A stretch of DNA of 64,000 nucleotides from Perna viridis (GCA_037379345.1 CM074512.1:32178001-32242000), one strand, 5' to 3'. Shown: positions 23,701-35,518, counted from the first letter of the stretch. Numbers and translations are program-made. Notes: a model not told the origin generated them from the sequence alone.

Positions 23701-25246
23701 ATCTTTCGTCTTTCACTGCACTGACCACCGCCTTTATAGATATCTTTACTCTTTCACTGCACCGACCACTGCCATTTTAGATTTCTTTCCACTTTCACTG
23801 CATCGACCATCACCTTGTATAGATGTCATTTCTTTCACCGAACTTACCACCACTTCCTTTATAGATAACTTTCGTCTTTCCCCGGGCCTGACATCTCCGA
23901 CAAATCGGATTGGTGTGTTGCAAACTGTAGGAATTGCTCACCATCAAATGCGCATTTAGTGGGACTCGAGCTGTTCGTTTTGATTTTTGTGTGTGAATTT
24001 CTGGTATACGATGTGTTTTCGTCTGTTATTTTTTTTTACTTTGAATTCCAACGTTGCTTCGTCCTTTGGTTTTCCTTTATTTTATACCGTTGATTTCTCT
24101 CTGTAATGAGGAAAGAGGTGATGACAGAGAACATGGTAGGAAGTCACAAATGACAACACATTGTACATACCATTTGTATGTAAAATTTACATTAGATGAC
24201 AAACTGTAGCTAAAGTATCGTAGGTGGTCTATTTCTAACATCTTTAGTACATATTGAGGCTTATTTGAACTGTGTCATTCAGTGAAAGAAATGTACTGTA
24301 GTGGTTTTGAGACAATCTAAATTTACAATGTACTTTGTAATGTGGTGTTTTTTTCAGACTTGTTATTGTGATTTGTGGTGGAGTCGATCAGCAAAATTAT
24401 GTAGTATTTTAAAATACCAGCCAAGAAAAAAACAAATAATCACTTTGTTTTCGAAATTGCAAAAAACTGGGACTATTATCTCTTTACTCTGAACATCTAT
24501 ATTTAATGTACTAGAACTTGAAAAAGCTGTCCAACATGCCTCGCTGTCGTTTTGAGTTTTCTTAACTTTACCTAGGCAAAAAGAAAACAATTTTTCTCTT
24601 CGCAGGTCCTGACTTTTTATTTGATGTCGATACATGTCATGAAGACAGAGAGGTGTCGTCTGATGGTAAAATGCTGAAAAATCGAAAGACCGGGAAACCG
24701 TCTTCAAAGAACCCAAAGAAGCAACTAAAACAATACAAGGGCATACTCGGCGGACTTTCCTTCAAAGATGGTGGTAAATACTACTACGAAGTTGTTGTAA
24801 CCTTCAACATTATTCAACCTCTAGAGCAGACGTGGTTGATATTCGAAATTGGCCTTTGCAGACGAGAGGATGTTGATAAGCATCACACTGTAGAGCGCCA
24901 TGAGCATGCGCGGTCTTTTTATGTAGCTAGGTACCCGGAAGATGGCAAGTTAGCCCAGGAATTTTGGCACAATCGCGATCTTTTGGCCTACGTGCCTCTG
25001 AGCGAGAACAAAGCTGGTCTTACTGTTGAGGTCACTTACGGTTTTGTAGTAGATACAAAAAGAAAGAAATGGGTAATAGCGGATGTAAAGAAACAGAAGA
25101 AACTTCACACATTTTCTGGTGTCGATTTCTCAAAACCAATGTTGCCTGTATTTGGTACATACAACCCTGACCTAATAAATGTTGAAATGAAACTAAAAAC
25201 TGGGAAACAAATTGCGTCTTTCCCATCATTTCTCAAAGGACTATAA
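10164..25246 (+). CDS. Spliced TRIM (RBCC) E3 ubiquitin ligase-like gene with two tandem PRY/SPRY(B30.2)-like domains; join(10164-11799,12342-12452,14013-14159,14879-15004,15443-15466,16360-16428,16685-17323,18530-18856,19780-19887,20370-20414,21012-21107,21239-21265,22834-22899,24606-25246), 1353 aa if all exons are used
   Basis: All 13 introns are GT-AG and phase 1. All internal exons are multiples of 3 and stop-free in frame. The summed length of 4062 nt runs from ATG 10164 to TAA 25244-25246. Domain motifs were read directly from the translation. Confidence 0.85.
12342..12452 (+). CDS. TRIM linker exon (SENSHDILPESAERDFSGDDTQRETLVQQAGLSDCL)
   Basis: ttttacattag acceptor, C|GTAAGT donor, 111 nt, phase 1-1, open in frame. 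Confidence 0.75.
13180..13394. mobile_element. 215-bp MITE with TTAA target-site duplication (Kolobok-like ends) in a TRIM intron
   Basis: TTAA|GGGGGTAGACCTAGAATAAGGGACACAAC ... GTTGTGTCCCCTACCCTAGGTCTACCTCC|TTAA. Confidence 0.85.
14013..14159 (+). CDS. TRIM linker exon with basic cluster (IENETLEALRRRRRCRDKRSNSCPIPPSSSRNILTMLKTWKQYLKFKT)
   Basis: aatcacag acceptor, G|GTATGA donor, 147 nt, phase 1-1, open in frame; may be a cassette exon. Confidence 0.7.
14879..15004 (+). CDS. TRIM linker exon (ERSQNARLKSEPSPAVEERSPSPEPETAFMPVVSPRANVPAS)
   Basis: ttgtacag acceptor, C|GTATGT donor, 126 nt, phase 1-1; paralogous to exon 21012-21107. Confidence 0.85.
15443..15466 (+). CDS. TRIM acidic micro-exon (DTFEESE)
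   Basis: tactttttatag acceptor, GAAG|GTATTT donor, 24 nt; positional and compositional paralog of 21239-21265. Confidence 0.75.
16360..16428 (+). CDS. TRIM pre-SPRY exon (VLRRNGQVNGEPRTGPAIFNDVT)
   Basis: ttatttcag acceptor, T|GTAAGT donor, 69 nt; splicing creates the Cys of CPDF; paralog of 22834-22899. Confidence 0.85.
16685..17323 (+). CDS. PRY/SPRY(B30.2)-like domain, copy 1
   Basis: FDVLTVHDEREVSIDGK (PRY-like), GKFYYEVDV, FELGLC and MWPVFG (SPRY-like); acceptor ttacaatag, donor AAG|GTATTA; 639 nt; roughly two-thirds identical to copy 2. Confidence 0.92.
17496..17503 (+). CDS. Putative alternative terminal micro-exon (…LKG-S-stop) giving a single-SPRY isoform of 919 aa
   Basis: Strong acceptor cgttttttacttcag| followed by GT TCT TGA; produces FLKGS*, mirroring FLKGL* at the end of copy 2. 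Confidence 0.6.
18121..18362 (-). mobile_element. Dispersed ~240-bp repeat family, copy A (probable non-autonomous retroelement 3' end)
   Basis: Reverse complement of copies at 26626 and 59682 (GAGGACGCTTACCCTACCGGTGCACCTGGTCCATGCTCCCAG...CCCTTGATTACTC). Confidence 0.85.
18530..18856 (+). CDS. TRIM exon starting the duplicated module; paralogous to the 3' end of coding exon 1
   Basis: RLQAENERGMIQ~RLLAENESGVVQ, FDSAKSGLR~FETARNELR, SKFVHVTNG~SKFMPVVNG; same AGTC|GTAAGT donor; acceptor ttcttatctataag; 327 nt. Confidence 0.88.
19780..19887 (+). CDS. TRIM linker exon (PVTKTQPVPGKLRASASTSQLDTLSSRPMGLGDFM)
   Basis: ttaccatag acceptor, A|GTAAGT donor, 108 nt, phase 1-1. Confidence 0.78.
20370..20414 (+). 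CDS. TRIM linker exon (KELEKKGQLPNVVQP)
   Basis: Poly-T tract plus aattcag acceptor, G|GTATGG donor, 45 nt, phase 1-1. Confidence 0.7.
21012..21107 (+). CDS. TRIM linker exon (ERSLSQTGEKSFQPTSERSFKPITSPLNQRNS)
   Basis: ttcacag acceptor, T|GTAAGT donor, 96 nt; begins ERS and contains F-x-P-x-x-SP like 14879-15004. Confidence 0.85.
21239..21265 (+). CDS. TRIM acidic micro-exon (YDADDDDDE)
   Basis: tactttttttag acceptor, GAAG|GTAAAT donor, 27 nt. Confidence 0.8.
22834..22899 (+). CDS. TRIM pre-SPRY exon (VFMKSTSSEESKPRPPPQGEIQ)
   Basis: tttgttag acceptor, T|GTAAGT donor, 66 nt; splicing creates the Cys of CPDF. Confidence 0.85.
23140..23882 (+). repeat. Degenerate minisatellite, ~40-41-bp unit, ~18 copies, in the last TRIM intron
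   Basis: Consensus ~CACCGAACCGACCACCACCTTTATAGATGTCTTTCCTCTTT repeated head-to-tail. Confidence 0.9.
24606..25246 (+). CDS. PRY/SPRY(B30.2)-like domain, copy 2 (terminal coding exon)
   Basis: tttttctcttcgcag acceptor; CPDFLFDVDTCHEDREVSSDGK, GKYYYEVVV, FEIGLC, MLPVFG; TAA 25244-25246. Confidence 0.93.
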
Positions 25247-25570
25247 GCGAAAGTCGTTCTTCACGGAAGGCTTGCCAAACATAGTGCCATTATTTTTCTA
25301 GTTTACATATAACAAATTTATCATAGTATTTTATGACTGTCATTATTTGTATTTGCTTTATGAATGATTTTGAAAGATTAAGAAGAATAATAGTATTTTC
25401 TCTGTTGTGAGAAAATACATTTGCACTTGTGTGTCTAAATTGTGAGGTTCATCTTAGCGCTATGATACAGATGATACTGCTCTGATTAATTATTATTGTA
25501 GATCAGCAGTAAGAAATAGGAAAAGGAAACACCTCTACTAAGGTTTCAGAAGTATTTATATTTTATACTG

Positions 25571-25576
25571 AATAAA
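25571..25576 (+). terminator. Candidate polyadenylation signal of the long TRIM isoform
   Basis: AATAAA ~325 nt after the stop, followed by T/GT-rich sequence; another AATAAA lies near 26119. Confidence 0.4.
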
Positions 25577-26625
25577 ATAGAGGACATTTATATGTGTATT
25601 TACCCTTGTAGATGCATTTGTTCTAAATTGTGCTTGTTAATTTGCATTTAGTTATTTTTTTTAATTATATATTTACTGTATACAACTTTTATGTATTTTT
25701 CTTATTTACTTTATCCGTCCAATTAATTAATTGTTTTGTTATTGGAATATTGTACGTTTTTCTAAAGTTGATTTTTGTGCTTTAAAATTTTTTATTCGTT
25801 TATAGTATTTCCAGCCTATTTTTCGTCGCTAGTTTGATATATGAATTATGCAAGTAAAAAGCATTATGTTGTAACTTCTTTATTTCTTAGACATTTATTT
25901 ATAACATAGATAATAATGTTTTCAAAGATCAAATAGTTAATACACTCCAGTTGCATAAATATTGCGAAACAGCAAATGTATTAGGGGTAAAATGTATCTC
26001 TTATGCACTTGATCTGCTGTGATTGAAATATCACATAACTTTTGAATTATCTGCTATAGCTTCTAATTTTTTTGACATTTTCCATTCTGACTTAGTATCT
26101 ACTCTACAATCACTGACAAATAAAATATATTTGTCGGTTTCTAAGATGAGATCTTTCTCTGATTGATTTAATTAGTTCTGGCGTGATTTTAGAGGTTCTT
26201 GAAGTATGATGGTTACTTAAGAATCAAAGGCGCTGTTGGTATGAATAGTTGCTTCTACCATTCTTATTTTCTCCACAAATAGTAATTTTCTTCAATCATG
26301 ACTGTCTTATTTATGTTCACTCTGTGTGCGAAAAATACTATTGCGATAGGTGTTTTCGGTATTCATTTAAACAAGTTCACTTTAAATTTAATTTTTGATT
26401 TCTCAATTTTACCGCTGTGTACTTTTTTGGTCGCGAAAATCAACAGTGTCTTCTGTTTCTGTGTCAATGACACTGATGGTCCTATTATTGATTTTCAATA
26501 CGTAAAGTGGGAGGTTCTATACCTATATTTTTTTTAGCATACCTGATTACGAATGTAGCCATGTAAAAGAATTACTGTGACAAAAAGTTTTTTTTTAGAT
26601 TATATTGATTTGAAAAATAATTTTG

Positions 26626-26845
26626 AGAAAAAGCAGAGGACGCTTACCCTACCGGTGCACCTGGTCCATGCTTCCAGATTTTAGTGGAGTCCGAGTTGCT
26701 CATTTACTTTTGTTACTTTGTATGTATGATTTTAGTTACTTTATGTTCTTTGTTGTGTATGTCTGTTTTCCATGTCTGGTCTTTGTCCCTGAATTACATT
26801 CTTTTGATTACCGCTATAATCTTGATTCCCTTGATTACTCTTTGA
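26626..26845 (+). mobile_element. Dispersed repeat family, copy B
   Basis: Near-identical to copies A and C. Confidence 0.85.
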
Positions 26846-29800
26846 AATCTGTGATATAATACTAAATTGTGATAGCTAATTATAAACAAGTATTATTCAT
26901 TTAAGATTTTTTAGTTATTTAATGAATTTGTAGTGTTTATTTTATCTATTTGTTAGTGTGTTATATTTATTAATTTTTATAATAAATTTTTTTGAGTTTC
27001 AATTATGATTCAATTTGAATTTTACAATATATAACATGTCCTTGGTTTCCGAAAACAACGTAGAGGTGAGATATTTAGATAAAGATTTGAATCAATTTTA
27101 CAACTGCTGAAAATGTGAAACGAATGTCAGATTCCTTGCCATCTCTTCGTAAAACCAAAAATAGTAAAACTAACATTGGCAATAGGCTATATTTTACACA
27201 CAATTTAAGATCAAATTTTGCTTAAACATCCACCACATAAAGAAAACATCATAATTTTAAGAAATACAGCATCTCAAGTCGAATTCGTGCGATAATAGCG
27301 ACATAAACCATTTTTCTCCCCAAGGAATACACCATGTTTCTTATAGGGAATCCAAATACGAATTCAAAATAAACTGGTTGGACAAAATTACAGTAATAAA
27401 AGTTCAGGACGAGCAAATTAGATCACTATCAAATCACATAAGGTTGAAGTTTAAAATTAAATATAAGATATACGGATATAACCTCGAATTTTCTCCTTTG
27501 ATAGATATCGAATAGTAGTTGCCTAAATATCACTTAAATAAATCAGGTTTTCCTTCCATCCATTGACACTCCCACAATATCACAAAAGAAAAGTAACAAT
27601 TTGATGATAAAAGTTTTGTCACCATTTTTAAGACCACTGCAGCAGGTGATTTCAATTTAAAAACCCAACAATCAATTTGTTTATTTATTTCCATTTCCAC
27701 ACCCCTTTGTCTGCAAACAAAGATTTAATACTTTTTTATTTTTCGCGAAAACAGCAATAAAGTGGAGATTGGGTGAAATTTCACACACAATAAAATATTT
27801 TGGGAGTAAATTGGACGTTTTATACCTCTATAATCACAGGATTTGTTTAGAAAGCTGAGATTTGATTACACCCTATCGAGGACAACAGACGGTCTTAAAG
27901 GGAGCAAATTAGGACCTAGTGTTAAAAGTCTTATACAAGATCACTTTTGAGAATTTAATCGCACTAGGGTTTTAATGATATTGCCGAATTATTCAGGAAT
28001 TGTACCTTCTCTATGTCTAGATATTTGATGGTTCTCTGAAACATTAAACACCATTTTTCACCAATAGACCTGTGTTCACTTATGAGAATTTAATCGCACC
28101 TGGGTTTAACGACAATGTCTAATCATCTCAACTCGATGTTTAGTTCTGTGGAATTCGGTTTATAGTATGTGTTGGTAGCTTGACTTTTTTTCCTTTTCAC
28201 TTCGATCTTTAAATTTCTCGTTCAGGAGTCTATGGTATACATTGAATCGTATTAAGACGTCATTGCCACTTCAACACCATGACATTTGGTTCTGTGTCAT
28301 TTATAATAAGACCCATAACTCCAATAAAACAATAAAACCCAAATGATTCATAAAGTTTCACGCTGTTTCTTGCATGTAAAATCTTAATTAATTGTAAATT
28401 CAAGTTAAATATCCTGATCAGTGACAAAATATTAGAAAGCTAAATACAAATGCACATCATTTACCAAAGACAAAAAATGGCACATATTTTTGTTACTATA
28501 TGAACATGAAAAAAATATGTGAAAGACTTTTAGGGTATTAACTGCTGTTAAACAATAGGTTGAATATCATTCTTTTTCTGACAATAAAGTGCTCTTTATT
28601 CGAGGGTATGCGAGTACATACACATGCAAAGTCCAATTTACGACGTAATAGCGAACTCCCGCTTCGTATATTCCACTGTAGCGGTACTCTGTCTTAAACA
28701 AGTTGTTTTTGGTCGTCCCCACCAGACAAGATTTACTATTTTCCCCTTAAATCCACTTGACATTGTTAAGAAAGGGGACACGATTACATAACAAATACAT
28801 AAATCAATCTTGAAATTTTGCATAATCTATACCTACTTAAATCAAACATTTTTCTATCCATGTCCGCTCCCGTCACTAGCACACCCTATAGTTCTGGATA
28901 CATGAAGTCGTCCGATACACCTTACAAATCTTGATAGTCTCCGGTAGTGCGGGCTAATTATTGGCATGATTCAGCAGGGTTCGAGAAGGCGAAAAGCCAC
29001 AGCTTAAAAAGATATCAAAACATGGGTTTAAGTCATTTGAAGTTGATAAACTTGTGTAACCAAGATTGATTTTTCTCTTGATCCTTTGTAACTGGTTACA
29101 TGTAAATCAAAGGACATGGAAATTTACACAAACTACTCGAGAGTTTCCCCAGTAACTACATTGTTTTAGAATATGCAATCTAGAAATTTAAAGCATATTC
29201 ATAGCTCTTTTGTACCTGATTTAAGAGGATAAGTTTCCCCACCTGCAGAGATGAACAGTGTTTGTTAACAGGGAGGCCTTCTCTGAAGTTGCAAATTTTG
29301 TTTGACTTCACAGCTTTCTCTGACAAAATGTGCAACAATTAATTGTATGTCAACAAGGACCTTCAGAGGGAATTGGAGTCCAGGATAAGTAATTCGAATA
29401 TTGCAATTCTTTTGTATACATTCATAAAGATTACTACATAATGTACATAGTTTTTTGCTACAGGATGAGGAATCTCTTCCAAATACGAAGGGACAAATAT
29501 GTGTAACATTATCACTGAATGTGCACTGAAATACATATTTATTTATAAAAAAAAGTTATTTTGGCTATTACTTCAACCTTTTTTTCAATATTGATTTTTA
29601 TAATTCCTTTAAAAAGTTTTAACAAGGAGTCATAGAAGACAATAAAGCGTACAACCCAATTGGAGCCCCAGGCATTAGTAACTTTGATTAAAAACTATTA
29701 ATAAATACATGAGTTATATGAATGACGACGTTTCTCCGAGTAACAGCAACTTTACAAGATGCAATATATGCTTTTCTTTGTATATGAGGCCGCTTAACCA

Positions 29801-30397
29801 TCAGATTTTATCTAAAATAACATTGTTAAAGCCCGTCGTTAATCCGAGTAACAATATAAACGATTCGTTATGGCAAAGGATTTTGTGTAAAACTGTAATC
29901 TTCGACCCGAATTTTGCCAAAAATATTTCGCCGAGAATGTCAGGCTAGTCTTGTTTTGTCTGTGTTGTTGTACGTAAGTACGTAGTTAACATATCATCTG
30001 ATCAAAGTTGATGTCAAAGTACATTTACATATCCATATCTAGTATTGTACTTTAATTTAAGGCGGTGCATTTTTTTATTATTATAAACGATTATTAGAGC
30101 GCACTTTCGGTTAAAACCTGTAATAGACCTAGCAAAAAAAAATACGGGTTGCGCAATAGTTAACCTTCTCTCAGACTGGTTACATTCTTCATGCACATTC
30201 TCTGTTGATTTGAATCGGGTCCCAGTTAATTCACCTGATTTTATTATTATTCTGTGTGAAATTCAATATTAACCTAAGGGCATTCTTTTTTCATCCTACA
30301 TGTATTAGCTTTAATAATTGCAGAAACAAATTTGTCTTTTGTAGTTTGTTTTGTTTAGTTGTGTTTTACCGTAATGGTTGTTGTTGATGTCTTGATT

Positions 30398-30399
<2 letters not shown>

Positions 30400-30441
<42 letters not shown>
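30400..30441. repeat. (GT)21 microsatellite within a T/G-rich low-complexity tract (to ~30665)
   Basis: Direct reading. Confidence 0.95.
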
Positions 30442-30443
<2 letters not shown>

Positions 30444-31069
30444 GTGTGTGAGTGTGTAGGTGTTGTTTTAGGTTTTTTTATTGTTATTTTCATTATCAAT
30501 TCGATTGTTTGTTGGTTTTTTTTATTTGGTTTGTTTGTTGTTTGTTTTTGTTGTTTTGTGTTTGTCATGTTTTTTTATGTCTTTATTATGTTTTTGTTTG
30601 TTTTGTTTTTATTTCATTGGGAGAGGTTTCTGCTTTTGCTCTTTTTGAGGTCTTTTTTTATTGTCTGTTCACTTTAAAAATCTGATGCAAGCCACTTAAG
30701 TTTGCTTCACTGTATTGATAATTACAAGGCCCTTTTATATATTTATAACGTAGCATTAAAAAAAGTGCTAATTATTTTAACAATCGAGAAGAGGACTTAT
30801 CGCAACAAATCATTTCCACCCTTCGCACTTATCAAAAGATGCTTCATCTAATATGGTGCATTGAACGGAACGCACGAATAAGGGGCAACATCGTCAGGTC
30901 ATTGAACTCGGGTCTTCAGTGAGTTTCGCCATTATATATGAAATTACAAACGAGATATATTGTTAATTTGATCCTCTATCCTACATGAGCTATCCTGTAC
31001 TACCATACATCGTGTATTAAGTTACAGCCCTAGATTAATTCTAGCGAAAGCTATATTTTTATATAAACT

Positions 31070-31215
31070 AGCTGGTCGAGTGGTCAATGGCGCAGGACTT
31101 CGTGCAGGCAGTGTTGCCATAGATGTCACAGCGGTATAAGTTCGAGTCCCGTGGAGGGAACGACAAAAAGATTGCTTCGCAAATTTGACGGTTCTAACAT
31201 CTTTGGAAATTTTTC
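31070..31215 (+). mobile_element. tRNA-derived SINE head (degenerate)
   Basis: Pol III box A TGGTCGAGTGG 31073-31083 and box B GTTCGAGTCC 31140-31149; no intact cloverleaf. Confidence 0.65.
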
Positions 31216-34200
31216 AGACCCTTCTACGGTTAAGTTATCATCCTGTGTAAATTTGTTCCGATGGTGCATTGTAGTGAATATAGTCGTCACATTCTGAGAC
31301 GTTTATATATATTTTCAATGAACTATATTTAAAAAAAAAATGTATTATATTAATGAAATACACAAATTTGTATTCACATAGCTTCCCGTGGTTTTTGATG
31401 CATGATACTCTCCTTTCATTTCGTTTCTAACATTGCATACATTATGCAAAGCTCATTTCTCATTATAATGAAGGCGTCTCATACCGTTTGTGGGTAAACT
31501 AAAAAGGGCATGCCTTATTGGACTATTATTAACATCAAATCATTGTTCTACATAACTATATCTGGACGTTTGTAATATGCGCAATATTTATTTTCTACTT
31601 AGCATGAATAAGATATCGTGTTAATATCAATTGTCGCGCAACTACGAAGTCGTATCTTGTAGAACTACCTTGAATGATTAAATTTATATTCTAAAAATCT
31701 ATAATCTGAGAACATACATCCCTCCAAGGCGTATTTTCTTAAACTCATGAATTTTTTTTTTATTGCATTAACTTCGATTAGAACCTGTTTTTAATTTTGG
31801 TACATTAAGTCCATAGCAGTAAATACCCCAACCAATCGTGTAAAATAGTAAAGAATTCAAATGAATCAGTAATTTCAGTATTCCTGGCGACAAGCGAAAC
31901 ATAGGTACGTACCTTCTGTCTTTTATCATTTTAAGTTTTTAACACGTTGAATGTCTACGTAAGAAGTTGGCATTGGTTGTGTCGCTTTCGAAAAAATGGG
32001 TAAAATCTAAGCGGTACCCATGGAAGTCACCCCCTCCCCATTACGTAACATTTAAAAACTTATAAAGCATGAAGGTGCACAAAACAAATCAATTTTTATG
32101 GAAATATTCTTCCAGTTTACGAATTCCTCGTAGTAAGGGATTTTGACCAACATTAAAATACTTTTTTTACCTCGTTTCCCTACACCAATCCACGAACTAG
32201 TAATTGTACTATTTCGACAAACATCTAACACATGACTGTATTTTTCGATCGTAAAAAAAAAGCTGCGCCTAAGCTAATGGGGATTTTGGGGAAACCAGCG
32301 GTGGGAACTCATTTTTTTGTTGAATAATTTGTACAATAACAGAAGGTGGCTCCTCCCATTAAGAGAGAAATTGTACCAGATTTTTCCTTCTGTCAAAATG
32401 TAGACGGACTGACAGTCATAAGATGGGCATATAAAACTGCCTGTTTCTTAGGTACATCCATACTTTACAGGTGCTAAATATATGTAGCTAAGAAGCGCCT
32501 TCAGTCCTTTGATTACCACCCTAACTAGATATCTTGTGCATATTTTAATCACGATTGTATCAATTTGTTAATATTTATCACCCAATAAACTTAAAATATC
32601 AACTACAAATGCCAGCAAATGCAGGTAATCGGACTGTAATGTCTTACTTCCAGCTGGGCCTGACTTATCGCTAATGCACACACGCTAAGATTCTGTCAAT
32701 GGGCTGTAAAAATGCCATTTTGTAAAGCGATTCTTTGTAATATTTAGGCTTGCTGCATTCTTTCAACTTTTCAAAAGTCATAGATTAGCACATATACTGC
32801 TTGCCACTGTCGGCTTCGTATCTTGAACTTTTCTTAGAAACTGACGCGAAAAGAAGTTCACTAGCGATACTGTTTGACATTCGCTTCTGAAAATCCCAAA
32901 TATATACTTACATTTTTGTATGTGTACACTTAAACACGAAACAGGGCGAACTTTGTGCAACTTCCCATCACAGCTCGTAGTTAAAAAATATACATAGTAA
33001 TTATTGCTATTTCGTTTTTCAGTCGCTAAAACGAATCTGGAATGGGTGTTCAATTTCCCAACTTTACTGAAGGACTGCTGACTTTTTGTTCTCTCACCGA
33101 AGTTAGTTTACTTTTCTTTTGTACCTTTTATTCGATATCTTAATGAGCGAGATTATCTTTTGTTTTCCATTTCGAGATAGATTTACGTGTTTTATGCTGA
33201 GTTAAATGTAGTCAGGCTTAAGGTTTTCGTCTTTATGTTTGCAGTCTTCATCTGAAGTTTTCGGTTTAACCTCTTTTTCCAAGAGGACTTGTGTTCCTTT
33301 AGTACGATAAGTACATAATACAGCTAAGTATGACCTTCACAGTAGAGATAATTCGAAGGTCACGTTGTACGTGACCTCCAGTGTCATCAAACGAATATTT
33401 ACAGTCACAGGAATTCAACGAGCTTTGAACCCGATATTTTGTCATTTTAACAACCAAGATATTGTTTGTAAATGATCAACATTTTCTCGAATCAGAATAA
33501 TCCTTTTCAGTATAAAGGGCTTTTTTTATAATCTTTAGCGTTAGTCGACCTGTGTTAGTACGGTACATTGATGGGTCGCGACGTAGTCGATGCCTATACA
33601 TATATACCGGTTTCAGTTAATGATATTATATCTCAACGAGTCGAGTTCTGGGATTTGAGAATGCGACTTTCTTAGTAGGTTCTTCACATGCTCGTGAATG
33701 AAACAAAACCGATTCTTATTATTATCGATTTATCAACTTCAGAAATATGCAGTATCGATTTGGGTGGTCGTGGCATGCGTTGGCCCCATCTCGTGTCAAT
33801 AAAATAATCTTACAGTTGTCACCTTCGGTTTCATTGATGACTATTTTCTGCATGATTATTTTATGTTTTTTAAATAAATATTTTAAATACATTTTAATTG
33901 GTGTATTATCAGGTTGTATTTGCGATAACACCTGCAGTGAAAGCTAAAATTATTGTAATATTAGATCTTGAAATAACAAATATGATGAGAAATGATAAAA
34001 CGAGCGCAATGCTTAACAGTCTTAAACCTTAATATGCAATGATTTTGAGATGATCATAATTATTCTGATGGTTGTAACAGATAGGACAGACCGAATAGAA
34101 TATCTCAACATATGAAACGTGCTCGATAAGAATAGACCAACTTGAAGGAAGAACCGTCCGGGTAAGATCCAAAGATTTTAGAAAAAGAGAGCTCTTTACT

Positions 34201-35518
34201 AGTATTTGCAAAATCTTTCTACAAAAAAAGGTATTCCATTTTATTCCATGTATAGTCACATTTCCCGTTAATCCAATTTATTTTTTGTTTGTTTGTTTGT
34301 TTGTATTTTTTTTGGGGGGGATGCGTTTGGTTTTTTTTTTTTTTTGGTTAAAATTTAATGCAAAGCCATTATCATATTTCATGTATAGTAATTAAATATT
34401 AACTGTAATATTCTATTCTATACATAGACACTTGTTAATTCTGTGATAAGTTAAAGCACTACAAATTCGTAAAGATCACGTGAACATGGACTTGCATGCC
34501 ATTGGGCAGAAACAAAAAGAAAACAAATATCTACACATACAATGGTGGAAGGATGCGTTATGTTGCTTAAATAAAATTAGGTTTAACATGAAGGGAAATA
34601 ACAAAATTACTAAACTGATAAGCTCTATATAAAGAAAACAACAATTTCCGACGCAGAAATAGAAAAAAAGGACAGTAACTTAGGTATTCAAAATTAATCC
34701 TGAACTTTGTGGGGAAGACACGCCCAGCTCAAGATGAAAATTAAGAATTTAGTAAAAAGTACAAAATCAAAATACATCATTTGTAATCTTTTTGTCAGAA
34801 ATAAAGTATTTCTCAATGAGATCTGGATATCGGAAATAAAACTTTTAGGTAGCGTATATAACGTATTATTTTTATATTAACCTTGGTTGAATAAACGAAA
34901 TTTAAGATTATCTAAAAGATCTTTAGAAATTTTGAAAATCCACATTTTATGGTTAATACCACTACACGAGTAAAAAAGGTTGTACAACATTTCTGTTGTC
35001 CCACATACACTGCGGAAAATATCTTGGTCAGTCATACAAACAACTCAATTGTTGAGCAAGTAGATGATCCTTATATTTGCCTTTGGTTTTGTGGATTTTT
35101 TGTTGTGTGTAGTTTTGGAATTAAATATAATACGGTGGTCCTTAGCCTCAGATTTGTCATTTGAAGGAATATTCAACGAAGCCATGAAGGACTTGATGTT
35201 ACATGTAAATAGGATTTCATATTTGTCGGACGTATTGCACACATACCATAAGCGTATATTTGATTATTGTGTCAATAGTAAGATGTGTTTTTGAGCGCGT
35301 AATCGGTATGTTTTTTTTTATTATTATTTTGAAGTAATCGTCACTTGGATCAATTGTTGAAAGATTTTTTCTTTTGTTTTCGTCCAAAATTCAAACTCAT
35401 CGAAGTCTAGAAGTTTCTTCTAAACAGAACGGGCCGTTAAAGTGTGGTTTCCAAATTTAAAAATCACCTTATAAAATAGATTTATTTCCTCTTCAAGAAA
35501 CTGCTCAACAACCAAGTG

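Noticed and set aside
26623-26859. Family of small hydrophobic proteins (ORFs 18117, 26623, 46899, 59687)
   Set aside because: Translations of a T-rich dispersed repeat; frames are inconsistent between copies
30311-30685. ORFs with THTHTH or Phe/Val-rich translations (also 58669-58911)
   Set aside because: Products of (GT)n and T-rich low-complexity sequence
31070-31160. Functional tRNA gene
   Set aside because: A and B boxes are present, but acceptor and anticodon stems do not pair; better explained as a SINE head
32778-33300. Exon-like minus-strand sequence with an apparent 25-nt GT-AG intron
   Set aside because: Intron too short for a typical animal spliceosome; frames contain stops and no recognisable domain
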